Source: Fidelibacterota bacterium
GTDB lineage: Bacteria; Fidelibacterota; UBA8477; JABMPR01
Reading direction: 5' to 3'
Assembly: GCA_018650445.1 (NCBI GenBank)
Contig: JABIFX010000077.1
Span: 23,476-87,475 of the forward strand
DNA: 64,000 bases
Positions 26,721 to 36,986 of this stretch are shown here, piece by piece. How positions within the stretch are numbered: the first letter of the stretch is position 1; each line of letters begins with the position of its first letter. The translations under genes were made by a program, and so were the position numbers. Under the pieces are notes generated by a model, which saw only the letters and a list, made by a program, of their open reading frames with translations, was not told where the DNA came from and searched no databases.

Positions 26721-26807
26721 TCCCTTCAGTTTTAAGAATAATTAGCACTTTCCCCCTTTTTAATCTCCCTTATCTTTGCGGTCACATCAAGATAAGAAAG
26801 GGATATC

Positions 26808-28691
26808 GTGAGTAAGCCATTACCTGAAATTACAATTAAAGCCGTTTTCCTTGGTATAATACTATCTATGGTCCTGGCTGGCGCCAATGCCTATCTGGGT
26901 CTGTTTGCTGGCATGACCGCCTCTGCCTCAATTCCAGCTGCTGTTATCAGTATGGGTGTTTTAAGTTTATTCAAGAAGCATAATATCCTTGAGGATAATA
27001 TTGTTCAAACAGCTGCATCAGCCGGCGAGTCGCTGGCTGCAGGTGTCATCTTTACCATTCCCGCCTTATTACTCATGGGATATTGGGAAACCTTTGATTA
27101 TCTGGAAATTGCTAAAATCGCAAGTGTGGGTGGCTTAATTGGTGTTCTTTTTACAATCCCTCTGCGTCGTGCTCTGATTGTTGAGGCAAAGCTGACATAC
27201 CCTGAAGGGATTGCTACGGCGGCAGTACTGGAAGCGGGAAATGCCAAGAGCAGTGGAGCCGAGGATGAGGTTCAAGGTGGTTTGCGTCTGCTTAGCCTGG
27301 CCAGCATAACTGCAGCGTTGATGAAACTTGGGCAACAAGGATTTGCACTCTGGCATTCTGCCATGGAAGGGGCGACTCATTTGGGTCGTTCTGTTTTTGG
27401 CTTTGGAATGGATTTGTCGCCAGCCTTGATCTCTGTTGGGTATATCGTTGGTAGAAATATCAGTATCCTGGTTTTTACTGGTGGGCTCATCTCATGGTTC
27501 GTTGCTATTCCCATTTACACTGCTATTCATGGATACGAAGGTGATGCTCTTGATGCAGCCAACACCATCTGGGATACCAAAATCAGGTATCTGGGTGTGG
27601 GTGCTATGGTAGTCGGCGGTATTTGGTCATTAATTAAGCTTTTCAAACCGCTCATGTTGGGCATTCAGGCCAGTTTAAGGGCCTATAGTTCTGTCCAGAA
27701 TGGTGAAGTTCTAAAACGTGAAGAAAATGATATTCCCATTAAGTATGTGGCTATTGCTCTGCTTGTTCTCATGATTCCCGTCTTTATGATATATAATGAT
27801 ATCTTGCCTACACCCCAGTTGGCCATTTTAATCACCATTATTATGATGGTCTTTGGCTTCTTTTTCTCAGCAGTAGCCGCTTATATGGCTGGTGTTGTTG
27901 GTTCTTCAAACAACCCAATTTCAGGAGTCACGGTGGCCACAGTATTGTTCGCGTCACTCCTGCTCCTGGCCATCCTCGGATCTGGATCGTTGCAAGGTGC
28001 TGCTGCCGCCATCATGGTGGGGGCAGTAGTTTGTAATGCGGCTGCCATTGGAGGTGATAACCTCCAGGATTTAAAAACTGGACATCTTGTTGGAGCAACA
28101 CCCTGGAAGCAGCAAGTCATGCAGGTGATTGGTGTACTAAGCGCAGCCATCGTGTTAGGCGTTGTACTCGATATTTTACACACAGCCTACACTATTGGCT
28201 CACCCACATTATCCGCACCTCAGGCCACATTAATGAAAGCTGTGGCTGAAGGTGTTTTCCAGGGGAACTTGCCCTGGGATATGGTCATTACGGGCGCCAT
28301 CATTGGTGTTATAATCATTGCCCTTGATGTCCGTCAGGAACGAATTGGATCCGATTTCAGAATCCCAATCCTGGCAGTTGCAGTGGGTATTTACCTGCCC
28401 ATTTCTCTGACTACTCCAATTTTCATTGGTGGAATGTTAGCTCATTTTGGTGACAAAATGGGTGCAACGGACTCTACCAGGAAGAAGGGTTTACTTTTAG
28501 CAGCTGGAATGATTACCGGAGAGGCTATTATGGGGATCCTTGTGGCTCTGCCAATTTTCCTTACTGCAGATAAAGATTGGTGGCCCAACTATGATGGTTT
28601 TGGCTGGCTGGGACCAATCCTTGTCATAGCTATTGCCATCTGGTTCATTATCACATTGAAAGCTGATAGAACTCAAGTCGGAGAAAATTGA
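26808..28691 (+). CDS. OPT-family oligopeptide transporter
   Basis: 627 aa with about 16 TM segments and an N-terminal OPT pattern (KAVFLGIILSMVLAGANAYLGLFAGMTASASIPAAVISMGVL). GTG start. Confidence 0.85.
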   Translation: MSKPLPEITIKAVFLGIILSMVLAGANAYLGLFAGMTASASIPAAVISMGVLSLFKKHNILEDNIVQTAASAGESLAAGVIFTIPALLLMGYWETFDYLEIAKIASVGGLIGVLFTIPLRRALIVEAKLTYPEGIATAAVLEAGNAKSSGAEDEVQGGLRLLSLASITAALMKLGQQGFALWHSAMEGATHLGRSVFGFGMDLSPALISVGYIVGRNISILVFTGGLISWFVAIPIYTAIHGYEGDALDAANTIWDTKIRYLGVGAMVVGGIWSLIKLFKPLMLGIQASLRAYSSVQNGEVLKREENDIPIKYVAIALLVLMIPVFMIYNDILPTPQLAILITIIMMVFGFFFSAVAAYMAGVVGSSNNPISGVTVATVLFASLLLLAILGSGSLQGAAAAIMVGAVVCNAAAIGGDNLQDLKTGHLVGATPWKQQVMQVIGVLSAAIVLGVVLDILHTAYTIGSPTLSAPQATLMKAVAEGVFQGNLPWDMVITGAIIGVIIIALDVRQERIGSDFRIPILAVAVGIYLPISLTTPIFIGGMLAHFGDKMGATDSTRKKGLLLAAGMITGEAIMGILVALPIFLTADKDWWPNYDGFGWLGPILVIAIAIWFIITLKADRTQVGEN

Positions 28692-29746
28692 TGAAACCGG
28701 TTCGAAGAGATTTTTTAATAGAGCTTCCTAAGCCAGAACTTCACTGTCATCTCGATGGGTCATTGCGTTTGGAGACCATGCTGGACCTGGCTCAGAAGGA
28801 TAAGATTGAATTACCTGCCAAAGATGTAGATGGGCTCAGAAAAGCGGTCGTTGTTCAGAACCGAGTGAAAAATCTGGAAGAATACATTGAAAAGTTTCAA
28901 TTTACACTTGCAGTTCTCCAGACTCCTGATGCTTTACAACGCGTTGCTTTTGAGTTGGCTGAAGATGCCGCAGCTGAAAATGTTCGCCATCTTGAGGTCC
29001 GATACTCCCCTATTCTCCACAAGGACAAGGGTATGACCCCAATGGAATCGCTGGATGCAGTTATCAAAGGTCTTCGAGAAGCTGAACATGAATTCAATAT
29101 CAGTACGGGAGTTATCATTTGTGGAATCCGTAATTTTTCCATTGAATCATCCATCGAACTCGCTGAACTTGCCATTGCTTATAAGTATAGAGGCGTTGTT
29201 GGTTATGATCTGGCGGGCGCAGAAGAAAATTTCCCTGCTAAGGATCATTTAGAAGCATTCTATCTCATCAGGAACAACAATGTCAATGTGACGCTGCATG
29301 CCGGAGAAGCTTACGGACCACAATCCATTCATCAAGCTATACACTACTGTGGCGCAAACCGAATTGGGCACGGAACCCGTCTCAGAGAAGATGGGGATCT
29401 CATGAATTACATCAATGATCACCGTATTTGTCTCGAAGTTTGTCTGACTTCAAATTCTCAAACTGGCACCATTGGCAAAATGAGCAATCATCCCCTTAAG
29501 TTTTACCATGATTATGGATTGAGATTAAGTCTGAATACAGACAATAGACTCATCAGCGGGGTCACTCTAGTTGATGAATATATGCTGGCCTATGAAACTT
29601 TTAATTTCAACATGCTTGATTTTAAGGATTTTATCATCAGCGGGTTCAAAAGTGCCTTCTTAGAGCATCGAGAACGTACAAAATTGATTAAAGAAGTAGC
29701 CCACCAGATAGATGACTATCTGGGCATGGGAGCTCATAAATACTGA
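28688..29746 (+). CDS. add: Adenosine deaminase
   Basis: Metal-binding motif HCHLDGS and LHAGE; 352 aa. The start overlaps the OPT stop by 4 bp (ATGA). Confidence 0.9.
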   Translation: MMKPVRRDFLIELPKPELHCHLDGSLRLETMLDLAQKDKIELPAKDVDGLRKAVVVQNRVKNLEEYIEKFQFTLAVLQTPDALQRVAFELAEDAAAENVRHLEVRYSPILHKDKGMTPMESLDAVIKGLREAEHEFNISTGVIICGIRNFSIESSIELAELAIAYKYRGVVGYDLAGAEENFPAKDHLEAFYLIRNNNVNVTLHAGEAYGPQSIHQAIHYCGANRIGHGTRLREDGDLMNYINDHRICLEVCLTSNSQTGTIGKMSNHPLKFYHDYGLRLSLNTDNRLISGVTLVDEYMLAYETFNFNMLDFKDFIISGFKSAFLEHRERTKLIKEVAHQIDDYLGMGAHKY

Positions 29747-29757
29747 TCGACCCAGTT

Positions 29758-29949
29758 TTATTTTGACTTCCTGAGCAATCCTAGCGATGGATTATCAGGT
29801 ATATCTGTATGGCAAGATGAATTGCAGCCTGCACAGCTGATAGACTCATTTTCAGGAACTTTGCCCAGATTATAGAAATACTTAACCGTATACCAGAAGG
29901 CTATCGCGACAGCAAGCGTCACCAGCAGGATATCAATTAACTGAGCCAA
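29758..29949 (-). CDS. FeoB-associated Cys-rich small membrane protein
   Basis: 63 aa with one TM segment followed by CAGCNSSCH. It overlaps the 3' end of feoB. Confidence 0.6.
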   Translation of the reverse strand: MAQLIDILLVTLAVAIAFWYTVKYFYNLGKVPENESISCAGCNSSCHTDIPDNPSLGLLRKSK

Positions 29950-32210
29950 TTAAACATCCTCCCAAAGTAAGTAACTGCAAAAGCTAGTGAGTAAGCCAGC
30001 CCCAGTGAATATGCAATTGAGAATAACGTATATGCCCAGGTACCTGTTTCACGTTTAATGGCTGCCACGGTAGCCAAACAGGGCGTATAAAGTAAAGTAA
30101 ACACCAGGAAGCTTAATGCGACGAGTGGCGTCATTCCAGAAGACCTCAAACCACTGATCACACCCCGACTTCCTTCATCAACATCCTCACCAACTCCAAA
30201 CAGGACACCATAGGTTGAGACCACAATTTCTTTAGCGACAAAACCTGTGATAAGTGCCACGCTTTCCCGCCAGGTGAATCCTAGCGGTCTAACGATGGGT
30301 TCAAATATTTTGCCCACGCGTCCAATCCATTTTTGCTCTGTGATATCTCCTATCTCCTGCTGACGGAGATTATATAGCTGTTTGCTCTTCTCGCTGGATA
30401 ATTCATCCTTCAATAATTCAAGCTGCTCATGAAGTTCCAGATAGCTGGAGCTGGATTCATAGGCGATCATCTCAGAGTGATACCCTGAACGATCTTTCTC
30501 AACAGATTTTTTGAATTTTGATTCTAGGTCCATTAATCCAGAGTCGTAATGCTGTGTTAGCGTAGTTCTTTCGACCCCATAATCCCTATCCAGTTCAACC
30601 TCGGTTGGAAAATACCCCAGAACCCAGATAATCACAGATCCAACAAGAATGACGGTTCCCATCTTCTGGATAAAAAGATATCCACGTTCCCAGGTATGCA
30701 GGATAAGTGAGCGCAGGGTTGGACGCTGATATGGGGGCAATTCCAGGACAAATGGTTTTGACATACCCTTCAGAATGGTTCGACTAAAAAGCTTTCCACT
30801 TCCAATAGCTGCAATGATACCCAGGATATACATTGAAAATATTACCGTCGCTGCATTTTCGGGAAAAAAGGCACCTGCCACGAGGACGTATACTGGTAGA
30901 CGGGCAGAACAACTCATGAAAGGGTTTATGAGAACAGTGAGAATTCTATCTCGACGTGACTCTAAGATGCGGGTTCCCATTATCGCTGGTACATTGCAAC
31001 CAAACCCCATAATCATGGGGATGAAGGCTTTACCATGAAGTCCAATATTGTGCATGACTCGGTCCATAATAAAGGCTACTCTGGCCATGTATCCCGAGTC
31101 TTCCAACACTGCTATAATTGAGAATAATATAAAAATATTGGGTAGGAATACAGCAATGGCTCCTACGCCACCGATAACACCGTCCACCAATAAACTGGCA
31201 AACATGCTATCTGGTAATAAGTCAGAGATAAAATTCATGAGAGCAACAAGACCGGTATCAATCCAATCCATGGGAATGGACCCTATGTCATAGGTCAGTT
31301 TGAACATAAGCCACATGAAAAGACCGAAGATAGGCAATCCCAGCCAGCGATTAGTAAGCACTCGGTCTATTTGACGACTATAGTCCACGGAATCCACCAG
31401 GCTTTCAACAACACATTCACGCAGAGCACCTTGAATAAAACCGTACCTAGCAAGGGATATGACGGCTCGCCCTGTATCCTTGAATAATCCCTCAATCTTG
31501 TCAATGGAGACTTTTGCCTGGCCAAGGATGTCAGTTCCATTGTTGTGGAGCCGGACTTCATCACGACTTTGCTTATCTGATTCTAACAGTTTGATACTGG
31601 TCCATCTACTATGCTTGTCATTAACATCATTCTCTTGAATGAGCTGATGGAGTTTCTCAATTTCTATTTCAATATCTCTGGGATAGCTAATATCAATTGA
31701 GCGAGCTTTCATTGATATTTCGGTACTTACGCGTAGGATCTTTTCCTTGAGAAGGTCAATACCCTCGCCAGTGCGACCAACCACAGGCACTACTGGAGCA
31801 CCTAAAAGGGTAGCTAGAGTATCTACATCAATTTGCAAACCCTTTTCATGGGCCATGTCCATCATGTTGAGGACAAGCACCAGGGGCTTGCCCAATTCTA
31901 TAAGTTGAGTTGTGAGAAAGAGGTTTCGCTCAAGGTTGGATGCATCAATAATATTTACTACGACATCAGCTTCATCATTTTCCAGGTATTGCCGAACAAC
32001 TGTTTCCTCAGCGGAAAAGGCAGCTAAAGAGTAGGTACCCGGGAGATCAATAACATCAAATTTGATATCTGCATGATTGTAGTGGCCTGATTTTTTTTCA
32101 ACTGTCACACCTGGCCAATTTCCGACCCGCTGTTTTGCCCCAGTCAAGGCATTAAATATAGTGGTTTTACCACAATTGGGATTTCCAGCAATTGCAATGT
32201 TAAAGTTCAT
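29937..32210 (-). CDS. feoB: Ferrous iron transporter B
   Basis: N-terminal G-domain GNPNCGKTT...DLPG plus a polytopic membrane domain; 757 aa. Confidence 0.95.
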   Translation of the reverse strand: MNFNIAIAGNPNCGKTTIFNALTGAKQRVGNWPGVTVEKKSGHYNHADIKFDVIDLPGTYSLAAFSAEETVVRQYLENDEADVVVNIIDASNLERNLFLTTQLIELGKPLVLVLNMMDMAHEKGLQIDVDTLATLLGAPVVPVVGRTGEGIDLLKEKILRVSTEISMKARSIDISYPRDIEIEIEKLHQLIQENDVNDKHSRWTSIKLLESDKQSRDEVRLHNNGTDILGQAKVSIDKIEGLFKDTGRAVISLARYGFIQGALRECVVESLVDSVDYSRQIDRVLTNRWLGLPIFGLFMWLMFKLTYDIGSIPMDWIDTGLVALMNFISDLLPDSMFASLLVDGVIGGVGAIAVFLPNIFILFSIIAVLEDSGYMARVAFIMDRVMHNIGLHGKAFIPMIMGFGCNVPAIMGTRILESRRDRILTVLINPFMSCSARLPVYVLVAGAFFPENAATVIFSMYILGIIAAIGSGKLFSRTILKGMSKPFVLELPPYQRPTLRSLILHTWERGYLFIQKMGTVILVGSVIIWVLGYFPTEVELDRDYGVERTTLTQHYDSGLMDLESKFKKSVEKDRSGYHSEMIAYESSSSYLELHEQLELLKDELSSEKSKQLYNLRQQEIGDITEQKWIGRVGKIFEPIVRPLGFTWRESVALITGFVAKEIVVSTYGVLFGVGEDVDEGSRGVISGLRSSGMTPLVALSFLVFTLLYTPCLATVAAIKRETGTWAYTLFSIAYSLGLAYSLAFAVTYFGRMFNWLS

Positions 32211-32211
32211 T

Positions 32212-32493
32212 TCAGGCTATACGCTCCACGGCGATTTTTTGAGCATCCATGCCTCTGAGAGACAGGTGATAACCTTTCACAATAAGTTCCATTGGATCTC
32301 GGAGCGGGGCATATTTATCAACCCATATTTCCGCGTCACGAGTAAGACCCATCTCAATCAGACGGTGACGAAAATTCTCACTTCCCCCAATTTCAATTAT
32401 ACGACCTTTTTCACCGGGTTTTAAATCACTGAGGCGTAAGTCATTTTCATCAGATATATGAAGTTTATGACGTGGTCTTTTAAAATTAAACAT
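32212..32493 (-). CDS. feoA: Ferrous iron transport protein A
   Basis: Small SH3-like protein containing LSDLKPGEKGRI. It is 3' adjacent to feoB. Confidence 0.85.
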   Translation of the reverse strand: MFNFKRPRHKLHISDENDLRLSDLKPGEKGRIIEIGGSENFRHRLIEMGLTRDAEIWVDKYAPLRDPMELIVKGYHLSLRGMDAQKIAVERIA

Positions 32494-32542
32494 TAGATGT
32501 TTCCAGCATGTAAATAACTACCACTTTGAGATAAATCCGCAT

Positions 32543-32983
32543 CTAACTGGTTTTCTTACAATCAGAACAGGTTCCGAATATGTGCATGGTATGAGTTGAG
32601 GGTGTAAAATCATTTTCTTCACAAACAGATAGTTGTTGGGCTTCCATTTCCAGATTAAAGAATTCGATGACCTTGCCACATTCCTCACATATGAGATGAT
32701 CATGGTGCTCATCTTCATCCTTGTTTCGCTCAAAGCGCATGCGACCATCTCCAAAATCCAATCGAGTAACCAGGTCAAGCTCAGCCAGGGACTCGAGGGA
32801 GCGATATACAGTTGCCCGGCTCACATTTTTTTGCTTCTTGCGTAACTCCAGGTAAATCTCTTCGGCATCAAAATGCTCGTTCGTTGCATCCAATAATTTT
32901 AGCAGAGCAATGCGTTGAGTCGTTGCCTTAAGTTCATGCTCTCTGAGCACTTCTTTTAGTTGCTGATTTTCTGCTGCAGACAT
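32543..32983 (-). CDS. fur: Ferric uptake regulator (Fur family), first gene of the fur-feoA-feoB operon
   Basis: ATG at 32983 with AGGAGA 7 nt upstream. The track ORF is extended to 33025. Fur-family motifs are present (recognition-helix region NVSRATVYRSL, metal-site HHDH and C-terminal CEEC/CSDC pairs). Confidence 0.85.
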   Translation of the reverse strand: MSAAENQQLKEVLREHELKATTQRIALLKLLDATNEHFDAEEIYLELRKKQKNVSRATVYRSLESLAELDLVTRLDFGDGRMRFERNKDEDEHHDHLICEECGKVIEFFNLEMEAQQLSVCEENDFTPSTHTMHIFGTCSDCKKTS

Positions 32984-33011
32984 AATCTGTTCTCCTATCA
33001 ATACAAAAATA

Positions 33012-33055
33012 GGAATGAATCTCATTTACGCAAGTGCAAATAAGTCTCATTTAGA
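33012..33055 (-). promoter_or_regulatory. Two Fur-box-like direct repeats (gaatgaatctcattta and caaataagtctcattta) in the fur promoter region
   Basis: The sequence aatgaatctcatt matches aatgataatcatt at 10 of 13 positions. The two repeats are about 30 bp apart, 30-70 bp upstream of the fur ATG. Confidence 0.4.
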
Positions 33056-33155
33056 TTAAGATATTTTGCGATGATGATCCTCTCGGAGGATGCTCCCAGG
33101 AAAATGGAAATAGATGGGTGTATTATTTACTTCAGGATATAAAAGTATCTAAAAA

Positions 33156-35384
33156 TCAATCAGTAACATCAAGATTGGCAAACTTGGCAATCAGCTTCTT
33201 TTTAACATTGCCTTGGAACATCACAGTGACTTTAGCTTCTGGACCAGATCCCTCAACTGTGAGTATTTTGCCCTTTCCAAAGATCTTGTGACCCACTTGC
33301 ATACCGGCCACATAGACCCCGGGTGCATGTTGATTGAGGGTACCCATTGCCCGACGCATACCGGTCGTTTGTTTTGGTGCAGGCTTGTTGGGTTTACTTC
33401 GAGTCACTTTTACTCCAGATTTCTTGCGATAATCCTCTCGGGTAAAATCGCTGATACTTCTTGTTGAATAGTCTAACAAATGAGCTGGTATTTCTTCAAG
33501 GAATCGCGAGGGACGGCTATACATCGTCTCTCCATATCGCTGCCTCATTTTAGCACCACTTAAATATGCACGTTCCATCGCTCGTGTCAAGCCTACATAA
33601 AAAAGTCTTCGTTCTTCCTCAAGAGCCTCATTGTCATCAATTGAGCGCTGTAAAGGGAAGAGTCCATCTTCCATTCCTGTTAAGAATACTACAGGGAATT
33701 CAAGCCCTTTGGCACTGTGCAGGGTCATCAGAGTGACCTGTTGTTTATCCTGATTAAACTTGTCGATATCGGTGAGCAGAGCGACTTCTTCCATATAGCC
33801 CGTTAAATTTGGTTCTTCAGCTCTCTGAGCATATTCAGATACTGCAGAGAGCAATTCGTAAATATTATCTGCACGAACTTCACTCTCTGCTGTTCCCTCG
33901 GCTTTAAACTGATTAACAAAACCGAGCTCGTCAACAAAAACGCGAGCCCACTCCTCAAGATTCAATTCATTGAGTAAGCTTGAATATTTTGAAATCAACT
34001 GAACAAACTCGATTACCCGATTAAAAGCCCTTGAGGTTAAACCGTATTCCTGGGCACGGGTGGCAGCGCTAAAGAGGGAAATACCCTGATCAATGGCAAA
34101 GGCGTTGATAGCATCCTGACTGGTCTTCCCTATTCCCCGAGTAGGCTTATTAATAATTCGCATGAAACTGATGTTGTCCAGCGGGTTTACGATGAGTCTG
34201 AAATATCCCAGGACATCTTTTACTTCCATGCGATCATAAAATTTGGTACCGCCAATAATCTGGTAAGGCACACCATTCCGACGTAATACATCTTCAAGTG
34301 GCCGAGATTGGGCATTGGTGCGATAAAGTAAGGCTACATCCTGGAAACCATGTTTATTGCGACGACAAACAGATTGGATCTCATCCACAATGAGTCGACC
34401 TTCATCCAATTCGTTCCGCCCTTCCAGCACCTTGATGATATCGCCATCACCACTTTCGGTAAAGAGTTCTTTAGCCGCTCGTTTTTCATTGAGTTTTACT
34501 ACAGCAGAAGCTGCAGATAGAATAGTTTTAGTAGATCGGTAGTTCTGCTCAAGCTTAAATATCTGGGCACCAGGAAAATGCTGTTGAAAATCAAGGATAT
34601 TTCCAATATCAGCTCCACGCCAGCCATAGATGGATTGATCATCATCTCCCACGACACACAAATTTTTATGCTCGTGACTAAGTGCTTCCACAAACTGAAA
34701 CTGAGCCTTGTTGGTATCCTGGTACTCGTCCACCATAATATATTTGAACTGATCCTGATATTTTTTCAGGATATGCGGGTTCTTTTCAAACAATTCCAGG
34801 GGTTTCAACAGGAGATCATCAAAATCCATGGCACTGCTATTTTTAAGCTCAGACTGATAAATCCCATAGATTTTTGCGACGGTATCATCAAACGTCGACA
34901 TAGCCAGATCAGTAGCCTCGGCCGGAAATATCATCTGAGACTTGAATTGCTTAATATTGTAGAACACTGAATTAGGTTTGATGACATCGGTTGAGATTTG
35001 CAGGTCCTTCAAGATCTTTTTGACAACTTTTTGACCGTCTTCATCATCATAAATACTGAAACTCTGCTCATACCCGATATAGAGTGCTTCCCGTCGAAGT
35101 ATTCGGGCACAAATAGAATGAAAAGTTCCCATATTTACATGGGATCGATCCGCTCCCAGTATGCGCTTAATACGTTCACGCATTTCTCCGGCAGCTTTAT
35201 TGGTGAAGGTAACTGACAGAATTTCATGGGGCTGAGCGGTCCCACTATAAATCATATTCGCAATTCGATGGGTTAGTACCCTTGTTTTTCCACTACCGGC
35301 ACCGGCAAAAATAAGAACCGGACCTTCCAGGGTTTCAACTGCAGCTTGTTGTTGAGGATTTAGTCCAGCCAGGACATTGTTCAT
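33156..35384 (-). CDS. pcrA: ATP-dependent DNA helicase PcrA/UvrD family
   Basis: Walker A GAGSGKT and full SF1 helicase motifs; 742 aa. The start overlaps the mltG stop by 4 bp. Confidence 0.92.
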   Translation of the reverse strand: MNNVLAGLNPQQQAAVETLEGPVLIFAGAGSGKTRVLTHRIANMIYSGTAQPHEILSVTFTNKAAGEMRERIKRILGADRSHVNMGTFHSICARILRREALYIGYEQSFSIYDDEDGQKVVKKILKDLQISTDVIKPNSVFYNIKQFKSQMIFPAEATDLAMSTFDDTVAKIYGIYQSELKNSSAMDFDDLLLKPLELFEKNPHILKKYQDQFKYIMVDEYQDTNKAQFQFVEALSHEHKNLCVVGDDDQSIYGWRGADIGNILDFQQHFPGAQIFKLEQNYRSTKTILSAASAVVKLNEKRAAKELFTESGDGDIIKVLEGRNELDEGRLIVDEIQSVCRRNKHGFQDVALLYRTNAQSRPLEDVLRRNGVPYQIIGGTKFYDRMEVKDVLGYFRLIVNPLDNISFMRIINKPTRGIGKTSQDAINAFAIDQGISLFSAATRAQEYGLTSRAFNRVIEFVQLISKYSSLLNELNLEEWARVFVDELGFVNQFKAEGTAESEVRADNIYELLSAVSEYAQRAEEPNLTGYMEEVALLTDIDKFNQDKQQVTLMTLHSAKGLEFPVVFLTGMEDGLFPLQRSIDDNEALEEERRLFYVGLTRAMERAYLSGAKMRQRYGETMYSRPSRFLEEIPAHLLDYSTRSISDFTREDYRKKSGVKVTRSKPNKPAPKQTTGMRRAMGTLNQHAPGVYVAGMQVGHKIFGKGKILTVEGSGPEAKVTVMFQGNVKKKLIAKFANLDVTD

Positions 35385-36409
35385 CTGTTGGATCTCCGGC
35401 GTTGATAGCGATTCACTTTGTTATTGTGCTCGCGGAGGGTTCTAGAAAAATCGTGAGCACCAGTGCCATCATTTTTTCCGACAAAATATAAGTAATCTGT
35501 TTTTTCAGGATTGAGTGCAGCATTGATGCTGGCCAATCCAGGGTTGGCAATGGGACCAGGGGGAAGTCCACGTTTTAAATAGCTATTGTATGGATCATCT
35601 ATAGCAAAATGTTTGCGTTGCAGATTTCCGTTCCATTCTCCTCGTCGCACCAACATGTAGATCACTGTTGGGTCACAACCCAGGAGCATGTTTTTCTGAA
35701 TTCGATTGTGATAAACCGAGGAAACCAATCTTCGTTCATCTTCTCTGGCTGTTTCTTTCTCAACCAGTGAAGCAAAAGTGATAAGACGCTTAAGATTAAA
35801 TCCCAAATTGGCAGCTTGCTGGAGCATTTCTGGTCGTATACTCTCTTTAAAATGCCTGACCATTTTTGCTATCACCATAAATTCATCGCTATTTTCCAGA
35901 AAGCGGTAGGTCTCGGGAAAAAGAGTCCCCTCAAGATGTGTAAATCCATCTCCTGCAATACTGAGTAGCGTAGAATCTGTGAGAAGGTTAATCATTTTGA
36001 GCGAGTCCAAATTTAATTGACGGCTCAGGAGTCCGATGATTTCATCAGAACGTAAACCTTCTGGAATAGTGACAGTAATCTCAATTGCTTTTGCATGGGC
36101 TAGTGCCTCAATGGCCTCTGTGTTTGTAAGCCCCTTTGGAATGGAATAGGCACCAGGATAGATTGCTCGCGATCTATTAAGTAATTTTGCTGCGACCTTA
36201 AATGACTCTGGCGAGGATATTATGTCGGCCTCGTAAAGTTGCTGCGCAATTGAACTCAATGAGCTCCCATCACGAATAACTATCTGGGCAAGATCATCGT
36301 CCGTCTTGCCTGGTCTTGAATCAAAAACAATATAGAGACCGGTGATGCCCACCAGACTGAGAAAAATAAGAGATGTAAGAGCGTAGCGCAGAATCCTTTT
36401 CAAGCACAA
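35381..36409 (-). CDS. mltG: Endolytic murein transglycosylase MltG (YceG family)
   Basis: N-terminal TM segment and YceG-like domain (…LVEKETAREDERRLVSSVYHNRI…). Confidence 0.85.
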   Translation of the reverse strand: MCLKRILRYALTSLIFLSLVGITGLYIVFDSRPGKTDDDLAQIVIRDGSSLSSIAQQLYEADIISSPESFKVAAKLLNRSRAIYPGAYSIPKGLTNTEAIEALAHAKAIEITVTIPEGLRSDEIIGLLSRQLNLDSLKMINLLTDSTLLSIAGDGFTHLEGTLFPETYRFLENSDEFMVIAKMVRHFKESIRPEMLQQAANLGFNLKRLITFASLVEKETAREDERRLVSSVYHNRIQKNMLLGCDPTVIYMLVRRGEWNGNLQRKHFAIDDPYNSYLKRGLPPGPIANPGLASINAALNPEKTDYLYFVGKNDGTGAHDFSRTLREHNNKVNRYQRRRSNR

Positions 36410-36532
36410 ATTCCTTTCTTAAGTCTATCAATATAGAAGGGCTCATTTGGCATGTCAACGAGTGTAAATATTTAAACAAATAAATGATTTTTATTTGCGC
36501 ACCTATATGTCACCATCTATATTCGCCGCGCT

Positions 36533-36763
36533 ATGATAAGTAAAGGTAACAACGACTCCAAACACTGGCTCTCTGAGTTACCATTTACGGGAATCAATTA
36601 TTTTCTTTTCATAGCAGGGCTTATTGTCATTATTCTTGGATATGTATTGATGGGTACAGGCGAGCTAAACAGTGTACAAGCACTCACGGTTTCGCCCATT
36701 GTATTACTCATCGGTTACCTGGTAATTATTCCAGTTTCCATCATGTACAGGAAAAAAGACTAA
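36533..36763 (+). CDS. Small two-TM membrane protein, hypothetical
   Basis: 76 aa and hydrophobic. Confidence 0.5.
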   Translation: MISKGNNDSKHWLSELPFTGINYFLFIAGLIVIILGYVLMGTGELNSVQALTVSPIVLLIGYLVIIPVSIMYRKKD

Positions 36764-36779
36764 GCCATTTGAAATTTTT

Positions 36780-36856
36780 GGGATCGTAGTTCAGCTTGGT
36801 TAGAACGCCGGCCTGTCAAGCCGGAGGTCGCCGGTTCGATCCCGGTCGGTCCCGCA
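36780..36856 (+). tRNA. tRNA-Asp (anticodon GTC)
   Basis: The cloverleaf was folded by hand: acceptor gggatcg/cggtccc, D-arm gttc...gaac, anticodon stem ccggc/gccgg with loop ctGTCaa, T-arm gccgg-ttcgatc-ccggt. No CCA is encoded. Confidence 0.9.
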
Positions 36857-36887
36857 AAAAGCTCCTGAGAAATCAGGAGCTTTTTTG
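36857..36887 (+). terminator. Intrinsic terminator after tRNA-Asp (agctcctga-gaaa-tcaggagct plus T6)
   Basis: A 9-bp stem flanked by an A-run and a T-run. Confidence 0.8.
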
Positions 36888-36986
36888 TTTCTAGTATCCT
36901 CACCCACGATCAAATTCCCACTTTGACTAATTGAAAACTCTGATGGATTTCTTATGTTATCAACCAATTATTTGGAGTCTCAGCGT

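Noticed and set aside
36780-36856. tRNA-Asp as the attachment site of an integrated element
   Set aside because: No integrase, excisionase, phage or plasmid genes or tRNA-fragment direct repeat were found downstream. The flanking genes look like ordinary envelope functions.
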